From an uncultured Rikenellaceae bacterium (lineage in GTDB: Bacteria > Bacteroidota > Bacteroidia > Bacteroidales > Rikenellaceae), in assembly GCA_964371385.1 (NCBI GenBank), contig CAYJLY010000001.1, positions 8,488 to 72,487 on the forward strand: a stretch of DNA of 64,000 nt, written 5' to 3'. Every line of letters starts with the position of its first letter. Position 1 is the stretch's first letter. The notes under the pieces are model-generated. The model was not told the origin of the DNA and did no database searches. It saw only the letters and a program-made list of their open reading frames with translations. A program made the position numbers and the translations under genes. This document shows, one piece after another, positions 18,097 through 28,256 of this stretch.

Positions 18097-19059
18097 CTAT
18101 ACTACTCCCTCACGCAAGAGGTCGTGGATATGGATAATCCCCACATATCGGCCCTCTTCTACAACTAAAAGTTGAGTTATTTTATTGCTCTCCATCACCC
18201 CATGAGCCTCCACTGCCATTTGCTCAGGGGAAACCCTTTTGGGATTTGCCGACATTATATCTTGTGCAACAACACTAGTGGCATCTTTGCCGCTTTGGAG
18301 CATGCGTCTTAGATCGCCATCGGTAATCACCCCTATGAGCTCCCCATCTCGCAACACAGCCGTTGCACCTAGGCGTTTGCTTGAGATCTCGATTATAATT
18401 TTCTCTAGATTATCATCCCACTCAACCGCAGGAGGATTATCGCTCTGCATCAAATCGGCAACTCTAGTATAAAGTTTTTTACCCAACGCCCCCCCGGGGT
18501 GAAAACGCGCGAAGTCTGATGAGGTAAAGCCCCTGAGCTTTAGCAATGCCATAGCTAGGGCATCGCCCATTACTAGTTGTGCTGTGGTGCTGGTAGTGGG
18601 TGCTAGGTTGTTAGGACAGGCCTCGTTGTCCACAGTGGTATTAATCACATAATCTGCGCCCAGTGCCAAGGACGAATCCAAATTTCCTACCATACCCACA
18701 ACCACATTACCCATACTTTTTATAAAAGGTATGAGAACCTTAATTTCGGGCGAATTACCACTCTTAGAGATGCACATCACTATATCCTTGGGTTGTATCA
18801 AACCCAAATCACCGTGAATGGCATCGGCTGCATGCATGAAAATCGATGGAGTGCCCGTCGAGTTGAGTGTTGCTACTATCTTTTGAGCAATAATCGCGCT
18901 CTTGCCTATGCCCGTGATGATCAAACGCGACTGAGCATCGAAAATCATCCTCACTATTTGTGCGAACTGTTCGTCCACAAAAGCATCGAGCGATCTAAGC
19001 GCCTGATACTCTTGAAAGAGTACATCTTTGGCGAAAGCGACTATTTCTTTATTATTCAT
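18097..19059 (-). CDS. kdsD: Arabinose-5-phosphate isomerase (KpsF/GutQ/KdsD family: SIS domain plus two CBS domains)
   Basis: 320 aa with a SIS domain ([21 protein letters not shown]) followed by a tandem CBS pair. Confidence 0.85.
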   Translation of the reverse strand: MNNKEIVAFAKDVLFQEYQALRSLDAFVDEQFAQIVRMIFDAQSRLIITGIGKSAIIAQKIVATLNSTGTPSIFMHAADAIHGDLGLIQPKDIVMCISKSGNSPEIKVLIPFIKSMGNVVVGMVGNLDSSLALGADYVINTTVDNEACPNNLAPTTSTTAQLVMGDALAMALLKLRGFTSSDFARFHPGGALGKKLYTRVADLMQSDNPPAVEWDDNLEKIIIEISSKRLGATAVLRDGELIGVITDGDLRRMLQSGKDATSVVAQDIMSANPKRVSPEQMAVEAHGVMESNKITQLLVVEEGRYVGIIHIHDLLREGVV

Positions 19060-19115
19060 TTATTTGATTGTATCGTGTTTAGTATTGTTATAAAAAAAAC
19101 GTAAAAAAGTTTTGG

Positions 19116-19123
19116 CAAAGTTA
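19116..19123 (-). promoter_or_regulatory. Candidate -7 box for kdsD-lptB
   Basis: Plus-strand caaagtta reads TAACTTTG on the minus strand, 56 nt upstream of the kdsD ATG. Confidence 0.4.
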
Positions 19124-19302
19124 GTTTATTTAACAAATAAATACTACCTTTATTGTGAATTTTAGAGGAAATAAATGAGAACACAGACAAAATCAATATA
19201 CAAATACGAAGAAACCCCCGTTTTATAACCATATAAAATACAGGCTTATAGATTAAAATCCAACCACTAATTTTTCGCACTCTAAGACAGTGCCCCGCAA
19301 CA

Positions 19303-21501
19303 ATGTCATCGACTTTTAAGCAATTCAGCTCACAAGAGCTCCACGACGCACTCGAGAGAATCTTTGGATTCAATCGCTTCCGTGGCAACCAACAGGCAGT
19401 AATCGAGAACCTTCTAAACAGAAAAGACACCTTTGTCTTAATGCCCACAGGTGGCGGCAAGTCACTGTGCTACCAACTCCCTGCTATGATCATGGAGGGG
19501 GTAGCAGTGATCATCTCACCACTTATTGCCCTGATGAAAAACCAAGTGGACGCTATGCGTGCATTTTCTATGGACGAAGGAATTGCACACTTTATCAATA
19601 GTTCGCTCTCTAAAAGTGCAACCCAGAGAGTGAGAGATGACGTTATTAACGGAAAAACTAAGTTGTTGTATTTTGCTCCCGAATCGCTGACCAAGGAGGA
19701 AAACGTAGAATTGTTGCGAAAAGTGACAGTGTCTTTCTTTGCCATTGACGAGGCACACTGTATCTCGGAGTGGGGGCATGATTTCCGACCCGAATACCGC
19801 CGTATACGACCTATTATTTCAGCCATTGGCGACGCTCCTTTGATTGCCCTAACGGCAACGGCTACGCCCAAAGTGCAGCTGGATATTCAAAAAAACCTTG
19901 GAATGAACGATGCACAAGTATTCAAATCTTCGTTCAATCGCCCTAACCTCTACTATCAGGTGCGTCCTAAAATTGATGTCACGCGCGAGATCATTCGCTT
20001 CATCAAGGACAGACCCGGCGAGTCGGGCATCATATATTGCCTCTCGAGAAAGAAAGTCGAGGAGCTTGCCGAGATACTCAAAGTAAACGACATCAAGGCT
20101 CTGCCCTACCACGCAGGAATTGATGCCGCAACACGCTCTGCCAATCAAGATATGTTCTTGATGGAGAAGGTGCAAGTCATTGTAGCTACCATAGCCTTTG
20201 GTATGGGTATAGACAAGCCCGATGTTCGCTACGTTATCCATTATGATATACCCAAATCACTCGAGGGTTACTACCAAGAGACTGGCCGTTCGGGTCGCGA
20301 TGGAGGTGTTGGACACTGTATGGCGTTTTATTCGGTGAAAGACATCCACAAGCTAGAGAAATTTATGCAAGGTAAACCTGTTGCCGAGCAAGAGATAGGC
20401 AAGCTCCTATTGGAGGAGACCGTGTCTTATGCCCAAAGCACTACCTGTCGCCGCAAGACTCTGATGCACTATTTTGGCGAGGAGTACACCCAAGAAAACT
20501 GTGGCAGCTGTGACAACTGTATGGATCCAGCTCCCGAGGTTGAGGCTAGCCGTGAGACACAAACCGTACTCAAACTAATTGACAGCCTGAGTGCCAACTT
20601 CAAGGCCGACTACATTGTGGATATTCTTATGGGCAAAAACACAACCATAGTAAAATCCTACAAACACGACACTCACCCTCAATTTGGCTCGGGCACCGGA
20701 CAGGGCGCTCTATTTTGGAGTGCAGTGATTCGAGGTGCTTTGCTCAAAGGGCTTTTGAGCAAAGATATAGAGAATTATGGAGTGTTACACCTAAGTGACA
20801 GCGGACGTGAGTACATAGAGCATCCTAAGATGACAACCATCACTCTTGACCGCAAGTACCAAGAGGAGAGCTCAGAGGATAGCGGTTCTCATCGCAACGC
20901 AAGCGCCGTGGTTGATCCGCAGCTATTTGCCATGCTCAAAGACCTACGCGCTAAGATATCGCGCACTATGAACCTGCCGCCGTATGTGATTTTCCAAGAC
21001 CAATCACTCGAGGATATGGCTATTCAATACCCTATCACTCTGGCAGATATGCAGAAAATCACAGGTGTTGGATCAGGCAAGGCTCAGAAATTTGGTAAGA
21101 AATTCATCGAAGTCATCGATAAGTATGTCAAAGAGAATGACATCGAGCGCCCCGAAGATATGGTCGTGAAGAGTGTTGCCAACAAAAGCCTTAACAAGGT
21201 GTTTATCATTCGCAGCATTGACCGTGAAATGAATCTGGAGGATGTTGCCAACGCCAAGGGTTTGAGTATAGATGAGTTGCTTGATGAGATGGAGTCAATC
21301 GTGGGTGCGGGTACTAAACTCAACCTTGATTACTATATCTATGATGTCATGGACGAGGATAAGGTCGAGGATATACTGGAATACTTTCATGAATCGGAAA
21401 ATGACTCTCTGCAGGAGGCTGAGAGCGAACTTGGAGGCGACTACACATCCGAGGAGATACGTTTGGTAAGGATTAAATTTCTTAGCGACATTGGAAACTA
21501 A
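19303..21501 (+). CDS. recQ: ATP-dependent DNA helicase RecQ
   Basis: 732 aa with MPTGGGKSLCYQ, DEAHCISEWGHDFR, a Zn-binding Cys cluster (CRRK...CGSCDNC) and an HRDC-like region. Confidence 0.95.
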   Translation: MSSTFKQFSSQELHDALERIFGFNRFRGNQQAVIENLLNRKDTFVLMPTGGGKSLCYQLPAMIMEGVAVIISPLIALMKNQVDAMRAFSMDEGIAHFINSSLSKSATQRVRDDVINGKTKLLYFAPESLTKEENVELLRKVTVSFFAIDEAHCISEWGHDFRPEYRRIRPIISAIGDAPLIALTATATPKVQLDIQKNLGMNDAQVFKSSFNRPNLYYQVRPKIDVTREIIRFIKDRPGESGIIYCLSRKKVEELAEILKVNDIKALPYHAGIDAATRSANQDMFLMEKVQVIVATIAFGMGIDKPDVRYVIHYDIPKSLEGYYQETGRSGRDGGVGHCMAFYSVKDIHKLEKFMQGKPVAEQEIGKLLLEETVSYAQSTTCRRKTLMHYFGEEYTQENCGSCDNCMDPAPEVEASRETQTVLKLIDSLSANFKADYIVDILMGKNTTIVKSYKHDTHPQFGSGTGQGALFWSAVIRGALLKGLLSKDIENYGVLHLSDSGREYIEHPKMTTITLDRKYQEESSEDSGSHRNASAVVDPQLFAMLKDLRAKISRTMNLPPYVIFQDQSLEDMAIQYPITLADMQKITGVGSGKAQKFGKKFIEVIDKYVKENDIERPEDMVVKSVANKSLNKVFIIRSIDREMNLEDVANAKGLSIDELLDEMESIVGAGTKLNLDYYIYDVMDEDKVEDILEYFHESENDSLQEAESELGGDYTSEEIRLVRIKFLSDIGN

Positions 21502-21549
21502 TTTTTAATAACAGAATAATTTAACTTTGTAACTTAATAAACAATTCAC

Positions 21550-21557
21550 TATCTTTG
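21550..21557 (+). promoter_or_regulatory. Candidate -7 box for the glycosyl-1-phosphate transferase gene
   Basis: tatctttg ends 62 nt before the ATG at 21620. Confidence 0.4.
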
Positions 21558-21619
21558 CGACTAATCATTTTGTTGTAGCGAGTGTGAGTGCAACGAGGTA
21601 ATAACAAAATAAAAATTTT

Positions 21620-22738
21620 ATGAATAGTGCAATACTTTTTTTAATCATTTTTGCCGCGGCAGTTTTTAGCGGGACGATAGTTCGTTTTTGTCTTCCAAAA
21701 ATTGTTCTACTTTGTCTAAAAAAAGGCATTCTCGACCCTATCGACCCACGAAAGGTACATTCGGAGGCAGCAAGCCGACTAGGAGGTATTAGTTTCATGC
21801 CAGCAATCTTGATTTCTACCCTACTGTGCATTGTTACAATTAAACTATTTCCAGAGACATCCTTCAAGAACTTCGGATTTAACGATGTGCTAGCGATGGA
21901 GTTTGCTGGGCTGATGATTCTGTATTTTGTTGGCATCTATGACGATATAATGACTGTTAAGTATCGCAATAAATTCTTTGCACAAATATTCACTGCAGGT
22001 CTCGTAGTTATCACTGGCACTTACCTTGAGTATTTCTACACCGTCAATCAAACCATCGAACTCAACTGGCTTATATCTATCCCTATTTCCATAATACTAA
22101 TGGTGTTTATCACCAACGCAATTAACCTAATTGACGGTATCAATGGTCTTGCCTCTATGCTCTCTATCATGGCATTTGGCGTGTATGGCACTCTATTTTG
22201 GCTCAACGATGACATCACAAACTCGATCGTGTGTTATGTGGCTGTTGGGGCACTTCTACCTTTTTGGTATCATAACGTCTTTGGTATACGCCAACGCACC
22301 AATGCGCGCATATTTATGGGAGACGGAGGAGCACTTGTTGTGGGCTTCTTGCTTAGTGTAATGGCAATCAAGCTCTGGAATATCAGTTCATACGATAATC
22401 CCATAATCAGCTCTAACATCTACCATGTACTTGCTTATACGATGCTCTTTGTGCCTTGTCTAGATGTTGTAAGGGTTGTTTTGTTGCGCGCTCGCAAGAA
22501 CCAGCCGCTATTTATGCCAGACAAGAACCACATCCACCACAAGTTTATGAGGATGGGCTTCACTCCGCGTCGATCGCTTCTTCCCATTATCGGGATTCAG
22601 TTCTTCTTCGTGGTACTAAACATCGCTCTTTCACTTTATATCAACATACTCTATGTTGCGGCTATTGATGTTGTGGTTTGGACACTATTACACGTCTTTA
22701 TCTCCAAGCGAATCGCAAAATACGAAAACGCAAACTAA
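21620..22738 (+). CDS. MraY/WecA-family polyprenyl-phosphate N-acetylhexosamine-1-phosphate transferase
   Basis: 372 aa polytopic membrane protein with family motifs YDDIMTVKYRNKF, NAINLIDGINGLA and MGDGGAL. Confidence 0.8.
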   Translation: MNSAILFLIIFAAAVFSGTIVRFCLPKIVLLCLKKGILDPIDPRKVHSEAASRLGGISFMPAILISTLLCIVTIKLFPETSFKNFGFNDVLAMEFAGLMILYFVGIYDDIMTVKYRNKFFAQIFTAGLVVITGTYLEYFYTVNQTIELNWLISIPISIILMVFITNAINLIDGINGLASMLSIMAFGVYGTLFWLNDDITNSIVCYVAVGALLPFWYHNVFGIRQRTNARIFMGDGGALVVGFLLSVMAIKLWNISSYDNPIISSNIYHVLAYTMLFVPCLDVVRVVLLRARKNQPLFMPDKNHIHHKFMRMGFTPRRSLLPIIGIQFFFVVLNIALSLYINILYVAAIDVVVWTLLHVFISKRIAKYENAN

Positions 22739-22767
22739 ATCCTGCTTTAAGTAGAGTTAACTTCACA

Positions 22768-22814
22768 GACAAAGAAAGGGAGTGTTCCATGATGGAACAC
22801 TCCCTTTCTTTGTC
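22768..22814. terminator. Bidirectional rho-independent terminator
   Basis: A hairpin with about 22-bp perfect arms, gacaaagaaagggagtgttcca / tggaacactccctttctttgtc, between convergent genes. Confidence 0.85.
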
Positions 22815-22853
22815 AATAGATTTCTTGTAACAATTAAGACATGTTACTTTTCG

Positions 22854-24020
22854 CTACATATTTAGGTGCAATAGTTTTTCGATAGTCTTGGGGATATCAA
22901 TATTATCAATACGTCCGTTAAATTTCTCTGCTCCTACCCCTATGGCATACAGAGGTACTGCAACAGCAGTATGATTGCCCGAGGTGAAACCTGCACTAGC
23001 TGCTTTATTTATACTCATCACACTGTCCTTACCCACTTTTGATAGCGAACCGCCCTGATCGAATAGTTTAGTTAGTTGCGAACCGCCATTATTTCGCCCT
23101 AGAGTCAAGCCACCAGTTTCGTGGTCGGCAGTCACTATAATAAGAGTTTGCTCGGGGTATTTATTGTAAAATTCAAGGGCTTGTTCTACTGCTTGTGATA
23201 GATTTTGAGTTTCATGGACTATCGAGGCAGCATCATTATCGTGAGAAGCCCAATCAATTTGGCCGCTCTCTATCATCATAAAGAAACCCTTATCGGATTT
23301 AGCCTCTAAGAAATTAATACTCTCACTTACCATGGTCTCAAGGGTCATATCGCCTGTTTTATAGTCTATGGCAAGGGGAATTTTATTTACATCAGCCGAG
23401 CTATCCTGTATCCATACTACTCTATCGCCTTGGAGTTTATCGCTCCCTCCACGAACTATCGTGTAATTGGCTGCGCTTGAGATACTATCATAGAAGTTCG
23501 CAGTAATATCCTTTAGTCCTGCTCCAACGAACAGATCAAAACCCGATTTTGGCAACCATTGAGCGATCTCTGAGTACATACTTCGTCGAGGCTCGTGGGC
23601 ATAGAATGCTGCTGGAGTGGCATGATCAAGGCTCACCGTCGAAAGAATACCCACACTATAACCCTCGCCCTTGGCTTTGGTGGCAACAGAGGTAAGGTTT
23701 GCTGTATGATCTGCATTCATGCCAATAGTTCCATTTGAGGTCTTCTCGCCCGTGGCAAGTGCTGTGCCTGCAGCTGCTGAATCGGTGATTAGATTATCTG
23801 AGGAATAAGTGGTCACAAGCGCTTGGTGGGGAAAACTAGAGAACGAGAGAGGCGAAAAACCTATCTTCCCTGCTTTAGCACTAATAGCTGCCTCGGTGAG
23901 ATTAACATGCGCTAGCCCCATACCATCGCCAATAAAATAGAATACATACTTTGGAGTTTGCTCCACTTTGGCGCACGAAAGCAGCGCAAGCAGAGAAAGA
24001 GAGAGGAGTGATCTTTTCAT
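22854..24020 (-). CDS. Alkaline phosphatase family lipoprotein
   Basis: 388 aa with a lipoprotein signal (LLALLSC), FIGDGMG, the nucleophile motif TDSAAAGTA, and the C-terminal metal-ligand region DWASHDND ... ADHETGG. Confidence 0.85.
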   Translation of the reverse strand: MKRSLLSLSLLALLSCAKVEQTPKYVFYFIGDGMGLAHVNLTEAAISAKAGKIGFSPLSFSSFPHQALVTTYSSDNLITDSAAAGTALATGEKTSNGTIGMNADHTANLTSVATKAKGEGYSVGILSTVSLDHATPAAFYAHEPRRSMYSEIAQWLPKSGFDLFVGAGLKDITANFYDSISSAANYTIVRGGSDKLQGDRVVWIQDSSADVNKIPLAIDYKTGDMTLETMVSESINFLEAKSDKGFFMMIESGQIDWASHDNDAASIVHETQNLSQAVEQALEFYNKYPEQTLIIVTADHETGGLTLGRNNGGSQLTKLFDQGGSLSKVGKDSVMSINKAASAGFTSGNHTAVAVPLYAIGVGAEKFNGRIDNIDIPKTIEKLLHLNM

Positions 24021-24084
24021 AAAGTTTCTAGAGTTTTTTTACTTCAGGTGTTATATAAGTTTATGGTTTGTATTGATTCTAAAT

Positions 24085-24882
24085 TTATAAGCATTCCACC
24101 CCAGGGTAACTCACATCCGAGAGAAATAGTCCTTGAGGGGGTGCTTGCGCCGAGGCCTGCGAGCGGTCTTTGGCTTGGATAATTTCATCGAAATGCTGCG
24201 GGCTAATCTTTCCAAGTCCAACATCCACAAGCGTGCCGACTATCCCTCTAATCATTCCACGCAGGAAACGATCTGCACGTATCTCGAACATCAGTCGATC
24301 TTTTGCAATTTCTTGTAGTTGCACGTGAGTGATATGACAAATATTAGTCTTATTATCTGAGTGTAGCTTTGCGAACGATGTGAAATCTTCGTGCTTTAGC
24401 AAACACTGGGCAGCCTCTCTGATAGCATTAATATCAAGACTTTTGATAAACTGCCAAGTTCCTTCACGATTGAAGGGGCTTTTGGTGAGTTGGATAAAGT
24501 ATTGATATTCACGCATCGTGGCGTCGAAGCGAGCGTGCATGTTGGTGGCATACATCCTTGAGATTGCGATCTGATGGGGCAAAATACGATTTAGGCGGTA
24601 GACAAATTTATCTACATCCTCAATCTGTTGAATGCACTCAAAATGGGCAACATAAAACGAAGCATGAACTCCCGTATCTGTGCGCCCACAGCCCACAATG
24701 GTGGTCGGCTTGCGTAATAGAATACTCAAGGCATCCTCTATGCTCTGTTGCACAGAAGGGGCATTGAGCTGTCGTTGCCACCCGTTAAATCCCTGTCCTG
24801 AGTAGGATAATTCTAGGAAATATCTAAACTTAGATTGTTTATCATCAGACTTTATCTCGTACATATTAACTTGTTTTTCCAT
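24085..24882 (-). CDS. truA: tRNA pseudouridine(38-40) synthase
   Basis: 265 aa with the catalytic motif GCGRTDTGVHA and FLRGMIR. Confidence 0.9.
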   Translation of the reverse strand: MEKQVNMYEIKSDDKQSKFRYFLELSYSGQGFNGWQRQLNAPSVQQSIEDALSILLRKPTTIVGCGRTDTGVHASFYVAHFECIQQIEDVDKFVYRLNRILPHQIAISRMYATNMHARFDATMREYQYFIQLTKSPFNREGTWQFIKSLDINAIREAAQCLLKHEDFTSFAKLHSDNKTNICHITHVQLQEIAKDRLMFEIRADRFLRGMIRGIVGTLVDVGLGKISPQHFDEIIQAKDRSQASAQAPPQGLFLSDVSYPGVECL

Positions 24883-24894
24883 AAAGATACAAAG

Positions 24895-25332
24895 TTATTG
24901 ATTTTTTGCGATACTTCGAGTGATCCACAGCCAAATAAACGCCACAAGAAGCCAAATTGTCAGAGTGAACATTGCAATACAGCTAAGAAAATATGGAAAC
25001 TCTTGAAACTTAAACACATCCCGTGGAGCTAGCCCCTCTTGTAGTAAGATTGTAATAATTGGTAGAGCACAAGCAATTATCATCGAGAGTACAGACCACC
25101 CCAGCTGCACTAGCACATGGCGTTGATTGCGATTGTACAAAACCATCACAAGATATATACACGCCAGAGGAATCAGAGGATAGATAGCAATAGAGCCAAG
25201 TATTATCAATAAAAAACTCCCTATATTAGCAGAATCCTCCAAGAGCAATAGCGAGGATATAAGACTCATAAACACCCCGAGGGCTGTTCCAAGCGTGAGG
25301 TAGAATTTAGATCGTTTTGGTTTGAGTGTCAT
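24895..25332 (-). CDS. Hypothetical 4-TM membrane protein, paralogue of the upstream gene
   Basis: 145 aa with four hydrophobic segments. It shares loop features with the 156-aa neighbour: NRNQRHVLVQL vs APRRHLRFKVL, and PRDVFKFQEFPYFLSCI vs LRDIVELFILSCV. Confidence 0.55.
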   Translation of the reverse strand: MTLKPKRSKFYLTLGTALGVFMSLISSLLLLEDSANIGSFLLIILGSIAIYPLIPLACIYLVMVLYNRNQRHVLVQLGWSVLSMIIACALPIITILLQEGLAPRDVFKFQEFPYFLSCIAMFTLTIWLLVAFIWLWITRSIAKNQ

Positions 25333-25359
25333 AATAGTACAAATATATGAAAAATATTT

Positions 25360-25830
25360 CTAGCTCTCTTCCAGTCCAGCATCAGCTCGCACCTTGAGTA
25401 CAAGGCACACAGCAATCAAAGACACCGATAATGGTATCACACAGGAAAGTATAAACAATTCGACTATATCACGAAGATAGACTTTATGGGCAAACAAAAC
25501 AGTGATAAGAAGCGGCAAGAATGTCGCTATAAACAATGAAAACAGCAACACCTTGAACCGTAAATGACGACGCGGGGCAATCTGATCGATGGACGCCATC
25601 ACCAAGCTGATAATCAATGCCGCAATCCCAAGAGGCGACACACAAAATCCCACTACAAAAATTAAAAACCCACCAGTTCCTGCTGAAGGATTGGGATCCA
25701 CACTGAGAAAGGGAATCTGAATAGACACCACGAGCAGACTTAGTATTGTCACCATGCAATATGCAATGATTTGCGTTCTGCGACTTGCTGACTCTTGGAT
25801 ATGATAATCTTGAGAGTGTGTATTGTTCAT
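25360..25830 (-). CDS. Hypothetical 4-TM membrane protein
   Basis: 156 aa with four hydrophobic segments. There are 28-nt and 27-nt gaps to its neighbours on the same strand. Confidence 0.55.
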   Translation of the reverse strand: MNNTHSQDYHIQESASRRTQIIAYCMVTILSLLVVSIQIPFLSVDPNPSAGTGGFLIFVVGFCVSPLGIAALIISLVMASIDQIAPRRHLRFKVLLFSLFIATFLPLLITVLFAHKVYLRDIVELFILSCVIPLSVSLIAVCLVLKVRADAGLEES

Positions 25831-25858
25831 CTGTTTTATACTATTTAGTAGTTTCGCG

Positions 25859-26158
25859 TCATTTCACCTCTCGCCAAAGGTGATAAAATGCAAACGAGGG
25901 AGCATACAACAACATCCGAGGACCAGAGAAGCGCATGACTTGTTGAACTTTCGCTTTCATTTTGGGTTTATAGCAGTGTTTAGTGCAACGTCTACAACTA
26001 GGCTTTTGCTCACCCCACGGACAATGCTCCAAACGAGTGTGAGCATAATAAATAAGCTCAGCACAAGAATCGCATAGGTGCTGATTCTTCTCATTTCCCT
26101 TGCAGTAGATTGCTACCATTCGGCTTATAATCGCTTTTTCTTTCTCTATAGATGTCAT
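25859..26158 (-). CDS. YgbA-like (nitrous-oxide-stimulated promoter family) Cys-rich protein
   Basis: 99 aa. The pattern CDSC...HCPWGEQKPSCRRCTKHCYKP...MRFSGPRML matches my recollection of E. coli YgbA (CKQCPVHCYQP...MRWAGPRML). Confidence 0.7.
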   Translation of the reverse strand: MTSIEKEKAIISRMVAIYCKGNEKNQHLCDSCAELIYYAHTRLEHCPWGEQKPSCRRCTKHCYKPKMKAKVQQVMRFSGPRMLLYAPSFAFYHLWREVK

Positions 26159-26204
26159 TGTGTAGTACGTGTGTATCTCTTTGGTTATCCAGAGTGCTAA
26201 TTAA

Positions 26205-26212
26205 CAAAGGTA
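26205..26212 (-). promoter_or_regulatory. Candidate -7 box for the ygbA-like operon
   Basis: Plus-strand caaaggta reads TACCTTTG on the minus strand, 46 nt upstream of the ATG at 26158. Confidence 0.4.
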
Positions 26213-26294
26213 AGCATTTTTAATCTTATTTTATTATGAACACTCGATCTCACTGCTCTGCTTGATAATCTCAAAAAAAAGAGGGACGCTACAA

Positions 26295-26333
26295 TAAAAA
26301 AAGAGCGACTCCTCAAATATGAGGAATCGCTCT
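26295..26333 (-). terminator. Rho-independent terminator of pckA
   Basis: 14-bp stem agagcgactcctca / tgaggaatcgctct with one mismatch. A plus-strand A7 run gives a U-run after the hairpin on the minus strand. Confidence 0.75.
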
Positions 26334-26386
26334 TGAATTTATACCCTAAAGTTTGCTTAAAGAAAAGCTCGCTTATGGGAAGTTTA

Positions 26387-27982
26387 CTACAACTGTGGAC
26401 CAGAAGCCAATAGGCCTGCACCCTCAGGTAGGTACTGCTCGAAGTTCTTGATGTACTTAGCAGCTAGAGATTTTGCTTTCTCTTCCCACTCGCTCACGTT
26501 AGAGTAAGTGTTACGTGGATCTAGGATATCAGATACACCTGGAAGTGACTTAGGAGCAACTAGGTTAAGAACTGGGATGTTTACAGTCTCAGCAGTATCG
26601 ATAGAACCATCAAGGATAGCGTCGATGATCGCGCGAGTATCTTTGATAGAAATACGCTTGCCAGTACCGTTCCAACCAGTGTTAACTAGGTATGCAGTTG
26701 CACCGTGCTCGTTCATTTTGTCAGCAAGTACTTTAGCGTAGATAGTTGGGTGAACAGTTAGGAAAGCCTCACCGAATGCTGGAGAGAATGATGGAGTTGG
26801 CTCAGTGATACCACGCTCAGTTCCTGCAAGTTTCGAAGTGTAACCGCAAAGGAAGTGGTATTGTGCTGATTTCTCATCAAGGATAGAAACTGGAGGCAAT
26901 ACACCAAATGCGTCAGCAGAAAGATAGATGATCTTCTTAGCGTGACCTGCACGAGAAGGAGCAACGATCTTGCTGATGTGGCGGATTGGGTAAGAAACAC
27001 GAGTGTTCTCAGTAACCGAACCGTCAGCATAGTCAGGAGTACCATCTTCCAAAACAGTAACGTTCTCCAAAAGAGCGTTACGCTGGATAGCACGCCAGAT
27101 GTCTGGTTCGTTAGGCTCAGAAAGACCGATAGTCTTAGCGTAGCAACCACCCTCGTAGTTGAATACACCATTGTTGTCCCAACCGTGCTCATCGTCACCG
27201 ATCAAGAAACGCTTAGGGTCAGCCGAAAGAGTTGTCTTACCAGTACCCGAAAGACCGAAGAATAGAGCAACGTCACCCTCAGTACCAACGTTAGCAGAAC
27301 AGTGCATAGAAGCAATGCCTTTCAATGGAAGAAGATAGTTCATCACACCGAACATACCTTTTTTCATCTCACCACCATACCAAGTACCACCAATTACTTG
27401 AAGTTTCTTAGTTAGGTTGAATGCTACGAAGTTCTCAGAGTTCAAGCCCATTTCTTTCCAGTTAGGGTTAGTACACTTAGCTGCGTTCATTACAACGAAG
27501 TCAGGAGTACCAAAGTTAGCTAGTTCGAAGTGAGAAGGACGGATAAACATGTTTGTTACGAAGTGCGCCTGCCAAGCCACTTCCATGATGAAGCGAACTT
27601 TCATACGAGTATCTTCGTTAGTACCGCAATAAGCGTCAACAACGTAAAGTTTATCTTTGTTAGATAGTTGGTTAACTGCAAGACCCTCAAGGATATCGAA
27701 GTTCTCAGGAGTCATTGGGAAGTTAGGAGAAAGAGGGTTCTTCTCGTCTTTGAACCAGAAGTGCTCTTTAGTTGTAGCGTCAAGTACAGTGTACTTGTCT
27801 TTAGGAGAACGACCAGTGAAGATACCAGTCATAACTGATACTGCGCCAGTGTTGGTTTCAACACCTTTTTCATAACCCGTTAGAGCTGGGTTAGTTTCGT
27901 CTACGAATAGTTGTTGGTAGCTGGGGTTGTGAACGATCTCTTTTACGCCCACGATACCATACTGCTCAAGATTGATTGACAT
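26387..27982 (-). CDS. pckA: Phosphoenolpyruvate carboxykinase (ATP)
   Basis: 531 aa with the kinase-1a motif [11 protein letters not shown] and IGDDEHGW. Codon usage looks strongly biased, as in a highly expressed gene. Confidence 0.95.
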   Translation of the reverse strand: MSINLEQYGIVGVKEIVHNPSYQQLFVDETNPALTGYEKGVETNTGAVSVMTGIFTGRSPKDKYTVLDATTKEHFWFKDEKNPLSPNFPMTPENFDILEGLAVNQLSNKDKLYVVDAYCGTNEDTRMKVRFIMEVAWQAHFVTNMFIRPSHFELANFGTPDFVVMNAAKCTNPNWKEMGLNSENFVAFNLTKKLQVIGGTWYGGEMKKGMFGVMNYLLPLKGIASMHCSANVGTEGDVALFFGLSGTGKTTLSADPKRFLIGDDEHGWDNNGVFNYEGGCYAKTIGLSEPNEPDIWRAIQRNALLENVTVLEDGTPDYADGSVTENTRVSYPIRHISKIVAPSRAGHAKKIIYLSADAFGVLPPVSILDEKSAQYHFLCGYTSKLAGTERGITEPTPSFSPAFGEAFLTVHPTIYAKVLADKMNEHGATAYLVNTGWNGTGKRISIKDTRAIIDAILDGSIDTAETVNIPVLNLVAPKSLPGVSDILDPRNTYSNVSEWEEKAKSLAAKYIKNFEQYLPEGAGLLASGPQL

Positions 27983-28050
27983 GGTTTTGTTTGTTTTAAT
28001 TGATTAGGTTTATGTTAATTTACTTTTCGATTCACTCACGAATTATGCCA

Positions 28051-28058
28051 CAAAGATA
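28051..28058 (-). promoter_or_regulatory. Candidate -7 box for pckA
   Basis: Plus-strand caaagata reads TATCTTTG on the minus strand, 68 nt upstream of the pckA ATG. Confidence 0.45.
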
Positions 28059-28142
28059 TAAATTTTTTTTTATAGTTGTGAATTAAATAACAGAAAAAAT
28101 AACAAAATTTTCAAACTTTTTTACTCCACCGCAAAATCTTAT

Positions 28143-28150
28143 TACCTTTG
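28143..28150 (+). promoter_or_regulatory. Candidate -7 box for the 193-aa ORF and folE
   Basis: tacctttg ends 106 nt before the ATG at 28257. Confidence 0.4.
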
Positions 28151-28256
28151 TGGCTGCAGAGCGGTTGCAAAAATACTTTTTTCAGCTCCAAAGCCTAGCG
28201 CAGGGTGCATATCAAAGAACGCTCTGCTTAACAAAAAACGCTATACCTATATATAT

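Noticed and set aside
19056-19460. A 134-aa minus-strand ORF spanning the kdsD-recQ spacer.
   Set aside because: It overlaps the first ~160 nt of recQ antisense and runs through AT-rich promoter DNA. No motif, signal or promoter box supports it.
26212-26227. An NsrR-like operator, aagcatttttaatctt, upstream of the ygbA-like gene.
   Set aside because: Only one half resembles the AAGATGCATTT half-site that I remember. The other half does not, and the dyad needs a 1-nt shift. The match is too weak in AT-rich DNA.
26758-27265. Long alternative-frame and antisense ORFs (146 aa and 107 aa) inside pckA.
   Set aside because: They lie entirely within a confidently identified, strongly codon-biased gene. 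Their products are low-complexity (L/S/T/V-rich) and they have no start context of their own. They are typical codon-bias shadows.
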